Part shown: positions 20,560-31,029 of the stretch, piece by piece | Numbering within the stretch: position 1 is the stretch's first letter | Layout: every line of letters starts with the position of its first letter | IMG/VR virus record: IMGVR_UViG_3300028886_001681 | Span: 96,259 to 160,258 of that record | Length of the DNA: 64,000 nucleotides | Strand: one strand, 5' to 3' | Source of the DNA: a virus | Taxonomy: Duplodnaviria > Caudoviricetes | Position numbers and translations under genes: made by a program | Notes under the pieces: model-generated | Database searches by the model: none | Seen by the model: only the letters and a program-made list of their open reading frames with translations | What the model was told of the DNA's origin: nothing

Positions 20560-21231
20560 TTATTTTTCGTGATTCTTGAACTTCTCGTCGAGCGTGTCGT
20601 ACCAAAAGTTGATTCTGTCCCAAAATTCTTTGTCTTTAGTCTTTACCGAAATGTTGCCGTTCTTGGCGAACGAAACTTCAAGACCCTTCAACTCGTCAAT
20701 CGGCCCACGATAATGGCCTTGTTCTCGCCAAGAATCTTGCACGAGGTACTTCTTTTTCATGTCATTGATGAATTCTGCGTCTTTATGATATTTTTCAAAA
20801 GTTCCGAAATATAAGGCCTCAAAAACTTTCGGTTGCTCAAATTCCGAATACGATTTCCATTTATGTTCGGTTGTCAAGAAGTATGGACTCATACTCGTTT
20901 CAGAGAATGTATAACCCCATTCATTCTTCATCTTGTTGGTGTCCACTCCGTAAGGATTCTCCTTCGATGTTTCGCCCAAGGATTTTTCAATTATTTTTAG
21001 AATGTTGTCGTAAGAAGTGCATTCCGTGGAAGGAATGGAAATGCCCAATTGCTCATTCACAATGTTGTAGTCAACCACTCTAAAATGAAGGTCTGTGTCT
21101 TTCTTTAGTTTTTCAACAATCATATATAGATAATCGCTCACTATATGGAGCGACCAATCGTCCACGATTCCACTATTCGCCAAATCCCAAAACAATTTCT
21201 CATCAATGTCTTTAATTTCAAGCCTTGCCAT
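20560..21231 (-). CDS. Hypothetical protein
   Basis: 223-aa ORF with SD. Confidence 0.6.
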   Translation of the reverse strand: MARLEIKDIDEKLFWDLANSGIVDDWSLHIVSDYLYMIVEKLKKDTDLHFRVVDYNIVNEQLGISIPSTECTSYDNILKIIEKSLGETSKENPYGVDTNKMKNEWGYTFSETSMSPYFLTTEHKWKSYSEFEQPKVFEALYFGTFEKYHKDAEFINDMKKKYLVQDSWREQGHYRGPIDELKGLEVSFAKNGNISVKTKDKEFWDRINFWYDTLDEKFKNHEK

Positions 21232-21243
21232 AATTTATTTCTC

Positions 21244-21654
21244 CTATTCAACAATCATCATCTGTAATCTGTTTTTCAATGTATTTAATTTATTGGTTGA
21301 TTCAGACAACGCCATCAAAATCACATCTTTATTTTCATAATCATATTTTTTTATTTCAATGTAATCTTTCGCAACATCATTTAAACTAGCGTCAATTTCT
21401 TCAAGAAGATTATCTCTGACTGTGGCGTTGAAATTGTAATCTAAATTAAGATTGATTCTATCCCAAGTTTTTTCGATTTTATCGATTCTATGAAGTGTAT
21501 CGGAATTGTCTAAAACTTTTTCCACAACATGTTCTTGCAATTTTATTCCGCTTAAATGCAAACTGAATAAAGTCACTTCTTCGAGAAAAGCCAAAATATT
21601 GTTATAGTTTCGTTTATCCATAATTCCGTTCCTCCTACATATAATATAACACAA
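21244..21654 (-). CDS. Hypothetical protein
   Basis: AGGAGG SD before MDKRN. Confidence 0.55.
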   Translation of the reverse strand: MCYIICRRNGIMDKRNYNNILAFLEEVTLFSLHLSGIKLQEHVVEKVLDNSDTLHRIDKIEKTWDRINLNLDYNFNATVRDNLLEEIDASLNDVAKDYIEIKKYDYENKDVILMALSESTNKLNTLKNRLQMMIVE

Positions 21655-21788
21655 TTATATGCGGATTGTCAAGTAAAATTATTAAAAAATGCGAGCGACA
21701 ACATAAATGATTCTCGCGAGAAATTAACTTGAATTTCAATACAAACAGAGGTTGTCGCCGACAAAAATAGTTATAACTATTTACATTT

Positions 21789-22577
21789 ATGGATATAAAT
21801 ACAACATCTACGACAAATTCAAATCCTCATTTTATGACTAGAAGCCAACCGTTTTACTACGGAGAGCAGATGAAATCTTGGGCGAACACTCCGATGTCCT
21901 ACGCCATAGACATCGCCATAGAAAACCATTTGGGAAAAACCCTTGAATTTCCACTAGATAGAATAATATACGCCTCCAACGAATATTGCTTTAGGGAAAG
22001 GACTAGAAGAAACGAGGGGGAGTTGAACCTTCCTTTCTTGAATTATTACCGAGTGGGATTTGACGATGCGGACAGACCTTGGAAAAACGACTTTTCAAAC
22101 AGATTCGGATTGATAGACCGCGAAAACAAATTCACATCGTTAATGGGCGGAAAGATGAGAATTTATCCCATAACCATAAGTTACGAGGCCACCGCCTTCT
22201 TTGGACAGAACAAGGACTGCGAATACGCCATGAATAAACTTTTATTCGACAGTTCCAACGAAACGATAATCAAGCCCCAAGTGGAAACCAATGACGGAGA
22301 CATTATTGAAAACGCAGGCGTCATGAATTTCGACATAGAGTACAACCCCAACTACCAAGAGAGTGATTGGCTTGAACAGAATAGAATATGGACAATAGGT
22401 TTGGATTTCACTGTGACCACATATATGATTGGCAAGTTCGACCAAAATCCTGACGGACTGCATGTGGCGAAGAAAGTGCTTTTGGAGTTTTTCACGGCCA
22501 AGAAACTCAACTATGAGAACTACAAGGAAAGTGAGAGAATGGAAATTCTTTTGTCCGAGTATTTCGGAACGAACTAG
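21789..22577 (+). CDS. Probable tail/neck structural protein
   Basis: Immediately upstream of tail sheath, TAACTAT 8 nt before ATG; function inferred from position. Confidence 0.5.
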   Translation: MDINTTSTTNSNPHFMTRSQPFYYGEQMKSWANTPMSYAIDIAIENHLGKTLEFPLDRIIYASNEYCFRERTRRNEGELNLPFLNYYRVGFDDADRPWKNDFSNRFGLIDRENKFTSLMGGKMRIYPITISYEATAFFGQNKDCEYAMNKLLFDSSNETIIKPQVETNDGDIIENAGVMNFDIEYNPNYQESDWLEQNRIWTIGLDFTVTTYMIGKFDQNPDGLHVAKKVLLEFFTAKKLNYENYKESERMEILLSEYFGTN

Positions 22578-22648
22578 TCTGAAAATTTTTAACTATTTTA
22601 AGCATTGTGAACGCAAAAAATTTTAATTTTTTATAGGAGAATGAAGAT

Positions 22649-24511
22649 ATGGCTCAATCTTGGAGAATAAAGACTGTCGAAAAAGACAACACGGAAAAGG
22701 CTTTAACTAGCACTGCTACAATGGGCGCGACCGTAATCGTGGCTCCGAAAGGCCCAAAGGATTTTGTTAGGTTCAACAAGGGCGACACCCAAGGAATCTT
22801 GAATACATTCGGATATCCGTCAAAGGATTACCCTACAATCCAAGACGCTTTGGATGTAGTTCAAAAATGCACGATGTATGTGGCGAGTCCATACAAAGGC
22901 GGAACTTATGGAGGAGCGTTCGTGACCAAAGATTTGGGAACGATACCGTTCAACCAAGGAGTGCAGACGAAGGAGATAAGTGATTACGCTTCGGTCGCTT
23001 TCGTGGAGCAAATCGGAATCGGAGACGGAACGACGATTTCTTACGCTTACACAATAAAGAACATCGCCAAATACAACTCGGAAAGTTTGACGCTATCCAT
23101 AGGGGGAGTCGACCATCCAATCACAATCACAAGTTCAGAAGGGATTGAAACCATAACGGACGACCCCACTGAAGGAATTTTGGACTCAGGTTCTTCTCTC
23201 AACACATCGAACGGAGAGTTGACATTGAAATTTAAAACTCCTTTGGTTAGCGGAACAACAATCTCCATCGGATATTCAATGGATTTGTCAGACACATATT
23301 TCGTAATTTTCGACAAGAACATGCAAGAAGACGACCTTCAAGTGAAAGTCGTGGCCTCCGATGATGTGGAAGGCGCGTTCGAAATGACTGTCGAAAGATG
23401 GAATCCTGTTGATTTGGCTTACGAGGGGGTGAACGGAAGCCCATTCTTGTTCGGACTTTCGGAAACATCAAAAGACACCTACGGAGACAACATTTACATC
23501 GAGAATGTGTTCAACGACAAGCAACAGTTGTTCGATGTTCATGTGGTGAATTCAATCGTAAATACATTCGTCGACGACACCAACATGGTGAAATTGAGCG
23601 GAGGGTCGAGAGGCGACGAGCCTAGCGGAGCGGACATAGCGTCAATCTACGACCAACTCCAAGACACGAACAAATATCAATTGAAGTTCTGCTTTGACGG
23701 AACTAACGAGAGCGAGGTAATCGCTAAATATGTGTCGTTGAGGAACAACTATCAAAAAAGATGTCGTTTTGTTTATTGCGCGGCTGATGTGGACGGAGAG
23801 ACGATTGTCAACGACCCCACTACATATAATTTCGGAGTGACCGCCAACAGAGGATTGTACCAATATTGCTTGAATTGGGGAATCCACATCGATATCTACC
23901 AAGGAAACAACTTCAAGTGCTCCAACATGGGTTTGATAGCAGGAAGATTGGTTGACTACTTGGACAACGAGGCCAACACGACTTCCGCTCCCGCTTGGAT
24001 TGATGAAAATGGTGTGGGCGGAATTCTTGGCTCTAGTATCACCAAACTTTCGCAAGAAGGAACCGCCGAGGACATCCTTCATCAGTTGGACGACCTCAAC
24101 TTCAACGCGATTGTGAACGACTTCAACTACGGTCCAATGATTGTAGGTTGGAGAACTCGCCAAGTGAAGAAGAGCGACTTCTCGAACATTCCGATTTCTT
24201 CTCTCGCGGACACAATCATCGAGTTGATTGAGAAGAATGTCTTGCCTAGCAGAATCGGCAAGATGATTGACGAAGCCTCTTACTCCGTGGTGAGAAGCGG
24301 TTGCAACTCAATCTTGGGGACATACTCCAACCGCTTGGAGGACTACTACACTTGGTGCGACTCGGACAACAACACCGCCGAGACAAGAAACCAAGAGGAG
24401 TTGATTGTGGCGGTAGGAATTGTTCCGAAGAAGTTCGCTCGAACGATTTTGTTTGTGTTCAATTTGTTCAAGTCAGGCGATATCTCGGTTGAAGAAATGT
24501 TGAAAAAATAA
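22649..24511 (+). CDS. Contractile tail sheath protein (gp18-like)
   Basis: 620 aa; APKGP, FGYP, LSGG, APAW, LNFNAIV...GWRT, DNNTAE and C-terminal VP..FARTI pattern. Confidence 0.85.
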   Translation: MAQSWRIKTVEKDNTEKALTSTATMGATVIVAPKGPKDFVRFNKGDTQGILNTFGYPSKDYPTIQDALDVVQKCTMYVASPYKGGTYGGAFVTKDLGTIPFNQGVQTKEISDYASVAFVEQIGIGDGTTISYAYTIKNIAKYNSESLTLSIGGVDHPITITSSEGIETITDDPTEGILDSGSSLNTSNGELTLKFKTPLVSGTTISIGYSMDLSDTYFVIFDKNMQEDDLQVKVVASDDVEGAFEMTVERWNPVDLAYEGVNGSPFLFGLSETSKDTYGDNIYIENVFNDKQQLFDVHVVNSIVNTFVDDTNMVKLSGGSRGDEPSGADIASIYDQLQDTNKYQLKFCFDGTNESEVIAKYVSLRNNYQKRCRFVYCAADVDGETIVNDPTTYNFGVTANRGLYQYCLNWGIHIDIYQGNNFKCSNMGLIAGRLVDYLDNEANTTSAPAWIDENGVGGILGSSITKLSQEGTAEDILHQLDDLNFNAIVNDFNYGPMIVGWRTRQVKKSDFSNIPISSLADTIIELIEKNVLPSRIGKMIDEASYSVVRSGCNSILGTYSNRLEDYYTWCDSDNNTAETRNQEELIVAVGIVPKKFARTILFVFNLFKSGDISVEEMLKK

Positions 24512-24530
24512 AAATTAAAAAAAAATAACG

Positions 24531-24563
24531 AAAGCGTCCGACAAAAAATCGGACGCTTTTTTT
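24531..24563 (+). terminator. Rho-independent terminator after sheath gene
   Basis: AAAGCGTCCGA-CAAAAAA-TCGGACGCTTTTTTT. Confidence 0.8.
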
Positions 24564-24694
24564 ATTCATAAACAACCTTGATTGTTCCGCAATTCTATAT
24601 ATTTTGTTCTCTCTCATCATTTCTCGCTCTTGGATGAGTCGTAGAACCTCAATTCCCCTCGTTCGAAAGTTTTTTTAATGGAAATATAATCCAT
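24562..24694 (-). pseudogene. Internally deleted relic of an endonuclease gene
   Basis: AGGAGG-ATG MDYISIKKTFERGELRFYDSSKSEK* then MMRENKIYR and CGTIKVVYE*, matching the C-termini of 24862-26484 and 29210-30769. Confidence 0.7.
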
Positions 24695-24825
24695 TTCCTC
24701 CTACAGTACGCTAAGTTCCGCTAAGAAACGCACCATAGGTTTTAGCGGAACTTACGGATTATTTCTTATATATAATATAGTTGATTTTGATAATTTTGTC
24801 AAGCGAAAATGTTTGGTAATTTTCC

Positions 24826-24854
24826 TTGACATTCCGTTGAAATCATGGCATAAT
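24826..24854 (+). promoter_or_regulatory. Sigma70-type promoter
   Basis: TTGACA-17 nt-CATAAT, 7 nt before ATG at 24862. Confidence 0.7.
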
Positions 24855-24861
24855 CCAAGAC

Positions 24862-26484
24862 ATGAAAGAAACTGAAAGTAAGAAAAAGGAATTGTACTCG
24901 CTCAAGGAACTGCACAAGATGAAAGTGTATCCTACTCTCTTGGAATACCTTGGAATTGAAACTGTGAAGAAAGGCCGAGCGACATATATAACCCAAGAGT
25001 CCTTGGATAAAGCGTTAAAATTCAAGGAGGAGAATCCTAACACGAGAGTTTTGTTGCAAAAATTCGCCTTCATGAAAAAATACGGAGTCGAGAACCCCCA
25101 ACAAGCCAAAGAAATCCGAGAAAAGACGCTCTCCACAGTCAAGGAAAGGTACGGAGTCGAGAACACTTCGCAATCCCAAGAGGTCAAGGACAAGAAGGCT
25201 GACACTCTACGAAAGCGTTACGGAGAAAATGTGTCCAACCCCATGGATTGCGAGGAATTCGTTTTTAAAGTGAAGGAGAATTGGAAAAACAAGAGTCGAG
25301 AGGAGATGAATGCTCTGACCGAAAAGACGAAGAGGACATCGATGCTCAAATACGGTTTCGACAACGCTATGAAAAACAAAAATGTAGCAGACAAGTCGAA
25401 AAACAATAAAAAGGAAAACAAACTCAAGGAACTTGAAAAATACAAAGATTATGTTCCCATAAAAGAAATTTGCATGATTGTCTCAAGGTGTTATGACAGA
25501 GTCTTGGATGTAATCAAACTTTTGGGATTGGAGATTATAGAAGTCAAGGATTCCCACTTAGTGAAAAAATCCGATTTAGATAAAATCAAAAAATATTTTG
25601 AAGTTGCGTCGGATTACGCTACTTCAAACGAAGAAAAAGAGTTGTTGGAATTCATCGAAACATTAACCGACGAAAAAATTATCTCCAACGATAAATTGAC
25701 GATAAATCCATACGAATTAGACATTTTCATTCCTTCAAAAAATTTGGCGTTCGAATTTGACGGAATTTACTACCACTCCAACCAATTCAAAGACAAATTT
25801 TACCATTACGACAAAACCAAGTTGTGCGAGAAAAAAGGAATTAGATTAATTCATGTCTTTGAGGACGACTGGCGATTCAAGCGGAACATAGTGAAATCGA
25901 TGATAAATGCTTCGTTGGGAATTTACGAACGGAAAATATTCGCTCGCGAATGTGAAGTCAAAAACATTTTCAATTTTGAATACCGAGATTTTATGAACGA
26001 AAACCATCTGCAAGGATACGCTTCCGCTAGTCGTTATTTAGGATTGTATTATCGCGGAGAATTGGTTCAGTGCGTGGGAATAAAATATAACGGAATCAAC
26101 AAGACTTGGGAATTGAACCGCATGGCCACTAAACTCAACAATCAAGTCGTGGGAGGCTTTAGCAAACTATTGAAACACGCGATAGAGCGATTCAACATCA
26201 AGGAAATGACTTCCTATGTCTTCAAGTCTTGGTTCGACGGAAAATCTTACGAGGCTTGCGGATTCAAATTCGACAAGGAATGCCCTCCGACTTATTGGTA
26301 TGTCGTGAATGGAATGAAAACAAACCGAATGAATTGGCAAAAGAAATTCATCAAGGAGAAATTCAACAAGGGTGAATTGAGGCATTACGACGAATTAGAA
26401 AGCGAGTTTGACAACATGGCGAAAAACGGATTCAATTGGATTTGGGATAGCGGTAAAATAAGATTAAGGTATAAATCGGAATGA
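24862..26484 (+). CDS. Homing-endonuclease-like protein (KYGVEN repeats, PD-(D/E)XK-like domain, C-terminal domain)
   Basis: KYGVENP repeats, ELDIFIP...AFEFDGIYYHS, LIHVFEDDW, QVVGGFSKL, WDSG. Confidence 0.7.
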   Translation: MKETESKKKELYSLKELHKMKVYPTLLEYLGIETVKKGRATYITQESLDKALKFKEENPNTRVLLQKFAFMKKYGVENPQQAKEIREKTLSTVKERYGVENTSQSQEVKDKKADTLRKRYGENVSNPMDCEEFVFKVKENWKNKSREEMNALTEKTKRTSMLKYGFDNAMKNKNVADKSKNNKKENKLKELEKYKDYVPIKEICMIVSRCYDRVLDVIKLLGLEIIEVKDSHLVKKSDLDKIKKYFEVASDYATSNEEKELLEFIETLTDEKIISNDKLTINPYELDIFIPSKNLAFEFDGIYYHSNQFKDKFYHYDKTKLCEKKGIRLIHVFEDDWRFKRNIVKSMINASLGIYERKIFARECEVKNIFNFEYRDFMNENHLQGYASASRYLGLYYRGELVQCVGIKYNGINKTWELNRMATKLNNQVVGGFSKLLKHAIERFNIKEMTSYVFKSWFDGKSYEACGFKFDKECPPTYWYVVNGMKTNRMNWQKKFIKEKFNKGELRHYDELESEFDNMAKNGFNWIWDSGKIRLRYKSE

Positions 26485-26513
26485 TGTAATTTTTCAAGAA
26501 ATTGATTTCATAG

Positions 26514-26544
26514 AAAAAGACCCTAGATTTCTCTAGGGTCTTTT
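26514..26544. terminator. Bidirectional terminator between endonuclease and capsid genes
   Basis: AAAAAGACCCTAGA-TTTC-TCTAGGGTCTTTT. Confidence 0.8.
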
Positions 26545-26580
26545 CATCTATTTATGTCTTGTTAGATTTCAAGTCGCCGA

Positions 26581-28134
26581 TTACGAGTTGCTAGAAAGGT
26601 TCTGCAATGTAACGACTGTGGCGAAGTGCTTGTTGTTAATCTTGCTGTCGGCATAAACACCCAAGCCCATCTGTGAGTTGAAGTTCTTCAATTCTACGGG
26701 GTTTGTGGTGATACCTGTTCCATAAGTTCCGACAGAAACAGGAGCGTCAACATTTTGAGCCTCTGTGCTCTTGCCGAACAAGTACAACTTGCCTTCGTTC
26801 TGAGCGGGGTTGATGATGCTCTTGGGAGCCATGTAAACTCCGCGTCCGTCCAACTCGCCTACCTTGAAGATTCCAACTCTGCTTGTCGGCTTTTCTCCAA
26901 CAAACTTGTTGTGCTTCGTGAGGTAAGAGTATGAGGCCGAGTCGCACACGATGTTTGTCGTGTCGGCAAGACGGCCAATCGCGTCATACGGAAGGTTCTC
27001 GCCGTTGATGATGGCGGAAAGAACCGACTGCGCGTGGGCGTAAGAACTGTCCGCGCCAGCGGTGGCGAAGTCAGTGTCGAATGTAACAGGAGCGTGCCAT
27101 GAAGCGGCCTTGATTCCCTTGGCAATGCATCGCTCGTCGAAAGCCTTGCGGAACTCGTCGCCAGCGCCAGCGATAAGCATATCTTTGGCAGAAAGTCCGA
27201 GTTTTGAGTTCATCAAATCCTCGGAGAAGCGAGTCCATTCAACTTCGAGCGGATACAAGATGGCAGAGAACTGATACTCAACCAAGTTCAAGAGAACTGA
27301 ACCTGTGCGAGGGAACAAAGTGGGGTCTTCGAAGTCGTAGGCGTACTGAACGATTACTTCAGCGGAAGCGCCACCGCTAACGGCAGAGGCGAATACGACT
27401 GAAACCGCACCTGTCGTATAGTTGATTGTAGACGGTGTGGCGGGGTCGAGGTCGGCTCCGACGAGAACACCCGCTCCGTTGTCAACGGCAACTTGAGCGC
27501 CGTCGAGGAAAACGCTTACCTTGAAAGGAATCAAGGGTTTGTATGAAAGAGTGGCAGTCCAAGTAACGCCAGCGTCGCCGCTAATCAAGGCTTCTTGCTC
27601 GAATGTTGAAGGATAGCGTCCTTCGCCGTAGTTCTCGTAAACTACATCGCCAGCGGTGGCGCCGCGAGCGGTTGAGCCGTAAGTAGTCTCCAACTTGTAG
27701 AGGCTGTCTTTCATTGAACTCATTCCCCATACATCGAATACATCTTGGGCGATTGAGTTAGAATAGCCGATGCGAGAAATCTTAACGATGTCTGTCGGCA
27801 ACATAAGAGCCATGGCACCGCCACTCTGCATCGCTTCCGTCAACTGAGCGCCATTCATAGATTTGATGGCTTGCTCTTGAAGAACATTCTGAGCGATTGT
27901 CGGATTGCGACGAGCCTGAATTTCAGAGTTCTCAAGGAACAAGATGAGGTTTTCCGCCTTCTTCGCGTCCTTTTCGAACATCTCGTCAAGTTTGCCTTTT
28001 CCGAGAGCCAATCCCTTAGACTTGCTATACTTCTCCTTCAACTTGAGAACCTTGTTCTCGCGCTCGGAGAGTTTTTCATTGTAAATTGAACGAGCCTTGT
28101 CTTCGCTCATTCTCATAACTTTTCCGAAACCCAT
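26581..28134 (-). CDS. Major capsid protein (T4 gp23-like)
   Basis: 517 aa; charged cleavable N-terminus, DVFDVWGMS, LEVEWT..SEDL, VGELDGRGVY; strong codon bias; TAACTAT upstream near 28215-28221. Confidence 0.8.
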   Translation of the reverse strand: MGFGKVMRMSEDKARSIYNEKLSERENKVLKLKEKYSKSKGLALGKGKLDEMFEKDAKKAENLILFLENSEIQARRNPTIAQNVLQEQAIKSMNGAQLTEAMQSGGAMALMLPTDIVKISRIGYSNSIAQDVFDVWGMSSMKDSLYKLETTYGSTARGATAGDVVYENYGEGRYPSTFEQEALISGDAGVTWTATLSYKPLIPFKVSVFLDGAQVAVDNGAGVLVGADLDPATPSTINYTTGAVSVVFASAVSGGASAEVIVQYAYDFEDPTLFPRTGSVLLNLVEYQFSAILYPLEVEWTRFSEDLMNSKLGLSAKDMLIAGAGDEFRKAFDERCIAKGIKAASWHAPVTFDTDFATAGADSSYAHAQSVLSAIINGENLPYDAIGRLADTTNIVCDSASYSYLTKHNKFVGEKPTSRVGIFKVGELDGRGVYMAPKSIINPAQNEGKLYLFGKSTEAQNVDAPVSVGTYGTGITTNPVELKNFNSQMGLGVYADSKINNKHFATVVTLQNLSSNS

Positions 28135-28408
28135 AGTTTTTCACCTTTTGTTTCATCGATTGAGGTTTTTAGTTTGCTTTGCACGAAAGAATTACTAAAA
28201 TACCTATAAAATATATAGTTATCGGCATGAACAAAAGATTTTCCAAATTTCTTAAAATCTCGCGGACACATTTTTAAAAATCAAAGCATATGGTTTCGAC
28301 TTCGTATCCAACCGCCATTCATATAACCCTAGGCGGTTTATCGCCAATTAAACTTTCACAATAAAATAGTTAATGTTTTTTACATCAACATCCAACAGAA
28401 TAAAATAG

Positions 28409-28717
28409 TTAATATTTTTTCACCTTCACATTTAAATTAGAACCATCTTTGATTAAATTTAAAATATATTGATAATCTTCATCAGTTCCATCGTCTATTT
28501 TAAATTCTATATAATCTTCGTTTTTATTTGATATTATAATCTCAACATCGTCTTCATAGCCATCAATAAAACCTATTTTAGAAAATGATAAAAATTTATC
28601 TGCGATTTCCAATGTATCAAGAAGGGAATTTTCACCGAAAATTTCATAATTTTTTAAACCTTGCATAAAAGGTTCTAAACTTCGACCAAAACCCACACTT
28701 GTTATTTTAAATCTCAT
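28409..28717 (-). CDS. Small acidic protein with own TAACTAT
   Basis: GAGG SD, TAACTAT near 28739-28745. Confidence 0.55.
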   Translation of the reverse strand: MRFKITSVGFGRSLEPFMQGLKNYEIFGENSLLDTLEIADKFLSFSKIGFIDGYEDDVEIIISNKNEDYIEFKIDDGTDEDYQYILNLIKDGSNLNVKVKKY

Positions 28718-28762
28718 AAATATACACCTCTCGTTTTAATAGTTATAAAAATCCACCCTCAA

Positions 28763-29134
28763 TTATAAACTAGATGTAATGTCGTCCAATTTAACTTGCA
28801 GATTTTTTGACAAATAAAACGCTTTGGTGATGTCGTTGTAAAAATTTTCGTAATCCTCGACATCCAACGCTCCGAAACTTGTGGTTTGAACTGTAACTGT
28901 CACCACATTGATGTTTTTCAAAACTTCGTTGCTCACTCTGATGATGGGCGAATATTCCGACTTTGAAGATATTTCCTCGTCATTGAGAATCGCACCTTTG
29001 CCGTAGTCTATGTAAAAGTCGCTTCTATATCCGTATTCGTCGCAAGCGTCGTTCAATTTATTCACTTTAAATTCCAAGTCTTTCAACGCTCGTTCGTCGT
29101 CCATGACTGCATCGCTTATCGTCAATTTAAACAT
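28763..29134 (-). CDS. Small acidic protein with own TAACTAT
   Basis: AGGAGG SD, TAACTAT near 29165-29171. Confidence 0.6.
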   Translation of the reverse strand: MFKLTISDAVMDDERALKDLEFKVNKLNDACDEYGYRSDFYIDYGKGAILNDEEISSKSEYSPIIRVSNEVLKNINVVTVTVQTTSFGALDVEDYENFYNDITKAFYLSKNLQVKLDDITSSL

Positions 29135-29209
29135 AAATAATCCTCCTAAATGTTTATGATTAAGATAGTTAAAAAAAATAACCTAGGAAATCTCCTAGGT
29201 CTTTAATTT

Positions 29210-30769
29210 TTAATCCGATTCATATCTTACTTTAATCGTTCCGCAATCATATATCCTATAATATCCCAATTTTTCCATATTTCGCTCTTCAGTCAAAGAT
29301 TCGTCGAATTCCTTTGGAAACTTTTTAGCGATATTCTTCTTGGTGAAATTCATTCTATAAAACCTTTCAAACTTTTTTGTATAATAATAATTCGGTTTGT
29401 TTGCCGATATTTTTTTAAATCCGCTAGACAAATAGCCATCGCCGTTGAACAACCGTCTATCGACATAAGAAATGCAATCTTTGCCATAATGTTTCATCAA
29501 TTTACTAAATCCGCCGACAACTTGAGTGTTTAATTTCGTGACCATTCTAATTAACTCGTTTTCATTTTTAGTAAATCTCGACTTTCCGAAACCAACGCAT
29601 TGAACCAATTCTCCTTCATAAAACAATCCCAATCTTTCAGAAGAATTACACTCTCCTTGAATATGATTTTCGTCACAGAAGTTTCTAAATTCACGGTCGC
29701 CAATTTCTTTCACCTCGCATTTTCTAGCGAATATTTTCCGCTCGTAAATTCCCAATGACGAACTTATTATCGATTTGACGATATTTTGCTTGCATTTCCA
29801 TTCGTCCTCAAATACATGAATCAATCTTATTCCTTTTTTCTCACACATGATTGTTTTGTCGAGATGATAATTTTTATTTTTCTGATGTTCCGTGGAGTGC
29901 CAATATAATCCGTCAAATTCTATGGCGACCTTTTTATTAGGAATATAAACATCCAATTCTTTCGGAAAAATCGTTTTTCTGTCGTTTTCTATAATTTCGT
30001 CACAATAAATGGATTTTACAAATTTTACCAAATCTCGCTCGTCTTTTGAACTGTGCGAATAATTTTTACCGATTTTATCCAATTGTTCATTTATTAAAGA
30101 AATGTCGCGATTTTTAATATATGGAACATTTTCAAACATAAGCAATTTTACATTCGTTTGTTCCAAACAATAATTCAATGTGCTCGCGGAATGCTTTACG
30201 CTCGGTTCAAATATTTCCGAAAACATGGAACAATCGTTTTCTTCGCAAAATTTTTCGGAAGCGTTTTTAAATCTTTCCTTCCTTCGCCTTCCCATTTCCA
30301 CATTATAATCTTCTATGCTCTTGTATCTTTCGACGATTGTTTCCTTCGCCTTGTCGGAATTTATGAAATCGCAAGTTCCGTAGCGCTTCATGTTGGTTTT
30401 GTTTCTTTTCTCAATCCGTTCCGCAGAATTTGCCTTGCTCGTCTCCGACAATTTCTTTCTAATTTCTTCAAGTTGGGATTTGTTTTCCACTCCGTATTTT
30501 AATAACGAGATTGCCTTTGATTTCTCGGCTTTGGACAAGTTCGCGTATTTCACGATTTTATCCGCCGTTTCTTGGGAGTACATTGCGACTTCTTTTTTCG
30601 CCTTGGGATGGTAGGCTTTCTTCGATTCCAAAAAAGCGGAGTATTTCCTTATGGACTTAATTTGCGAGCGAGGAATGTTGTTATCGCCTAATATTTCATT
30701 GAGAGTTTCATAGTTTTGAGAAATTAAATTGTCATATTTTTCCGATTTATTGTTTTCCATAAGAAGCAC
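29210..30769 (-). CDS. Homing-endonuclease-like protein, paralog of 24862-26484
   Basis: KYGVEN, ELDVYIP...AIEFDGLYWHS, IRLIHVFEDEW, QVVGGFSKL, YDCG. Confidence 0.7.
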   Translation of the reverse strand: MLLMENNKSEKYDNLISQNYETLNEILGDNNIPRSQIKSIRKYSAFLESKKAYHPKAKKEVAMYSQETADKIVKYANLSKAEKSKAISLLKYGVENKSQLEEIRKKLSETSKANSAERIEKRNKTNMKRYGTCDFINSDKAKETIVERYKSIEDYNVEMGRRRKERFKNASEKFCEENDCSMFSEIFEPSVKHSASTLNYCLEQTNVKLLMFENVPYIKNRDISLINEQLDKIGKNYSHSSKDERDLVKFVKSIYCDEIIENDRKTIFPKELDVYIPNKKVAIEFDGLYWHSTEHQKNKNYHLDKTIMCEKKGIRLIHVFEDEWKCKQNIVKSIISSSLGIYERKIFARKCEVKEIGDREFRNFCDENHIQGECNSSERLGLFYEGELVQCVGFGKSRFTKNENELIRMVTKLNTQVVGGFSKLMKHYGKDCISYVDRRLFNGDGYLSSGFKKISANKPNYYYTKKFERFYRMNFTKKNIAKKFPKEFDESLTEERNMEKLGYYRIYDCGTIKVRYESD

Positions 30770-31029
30770 CCCTTTAAATAAAAAAAGAGGAGCAAGTGTG
30801 GACTTCCATTATTTTAAAAGTTTGTATCTCTGTACAACTTGGCCACTCTCCGATGATGTAATAACGACATTGTAAATAGTTAAATCATTCGTTTAATATT
30901 TTAAAACAAATGTCGTAATTTGTCAATCATTTTTCGAGAAAAAATTAACCATTTTATAAAATTAATGGAAGGATAATATGTTTTATAAAATAATTAATTG
31001 TCAACCGTTCTTTAACTCACACCTCTCTA

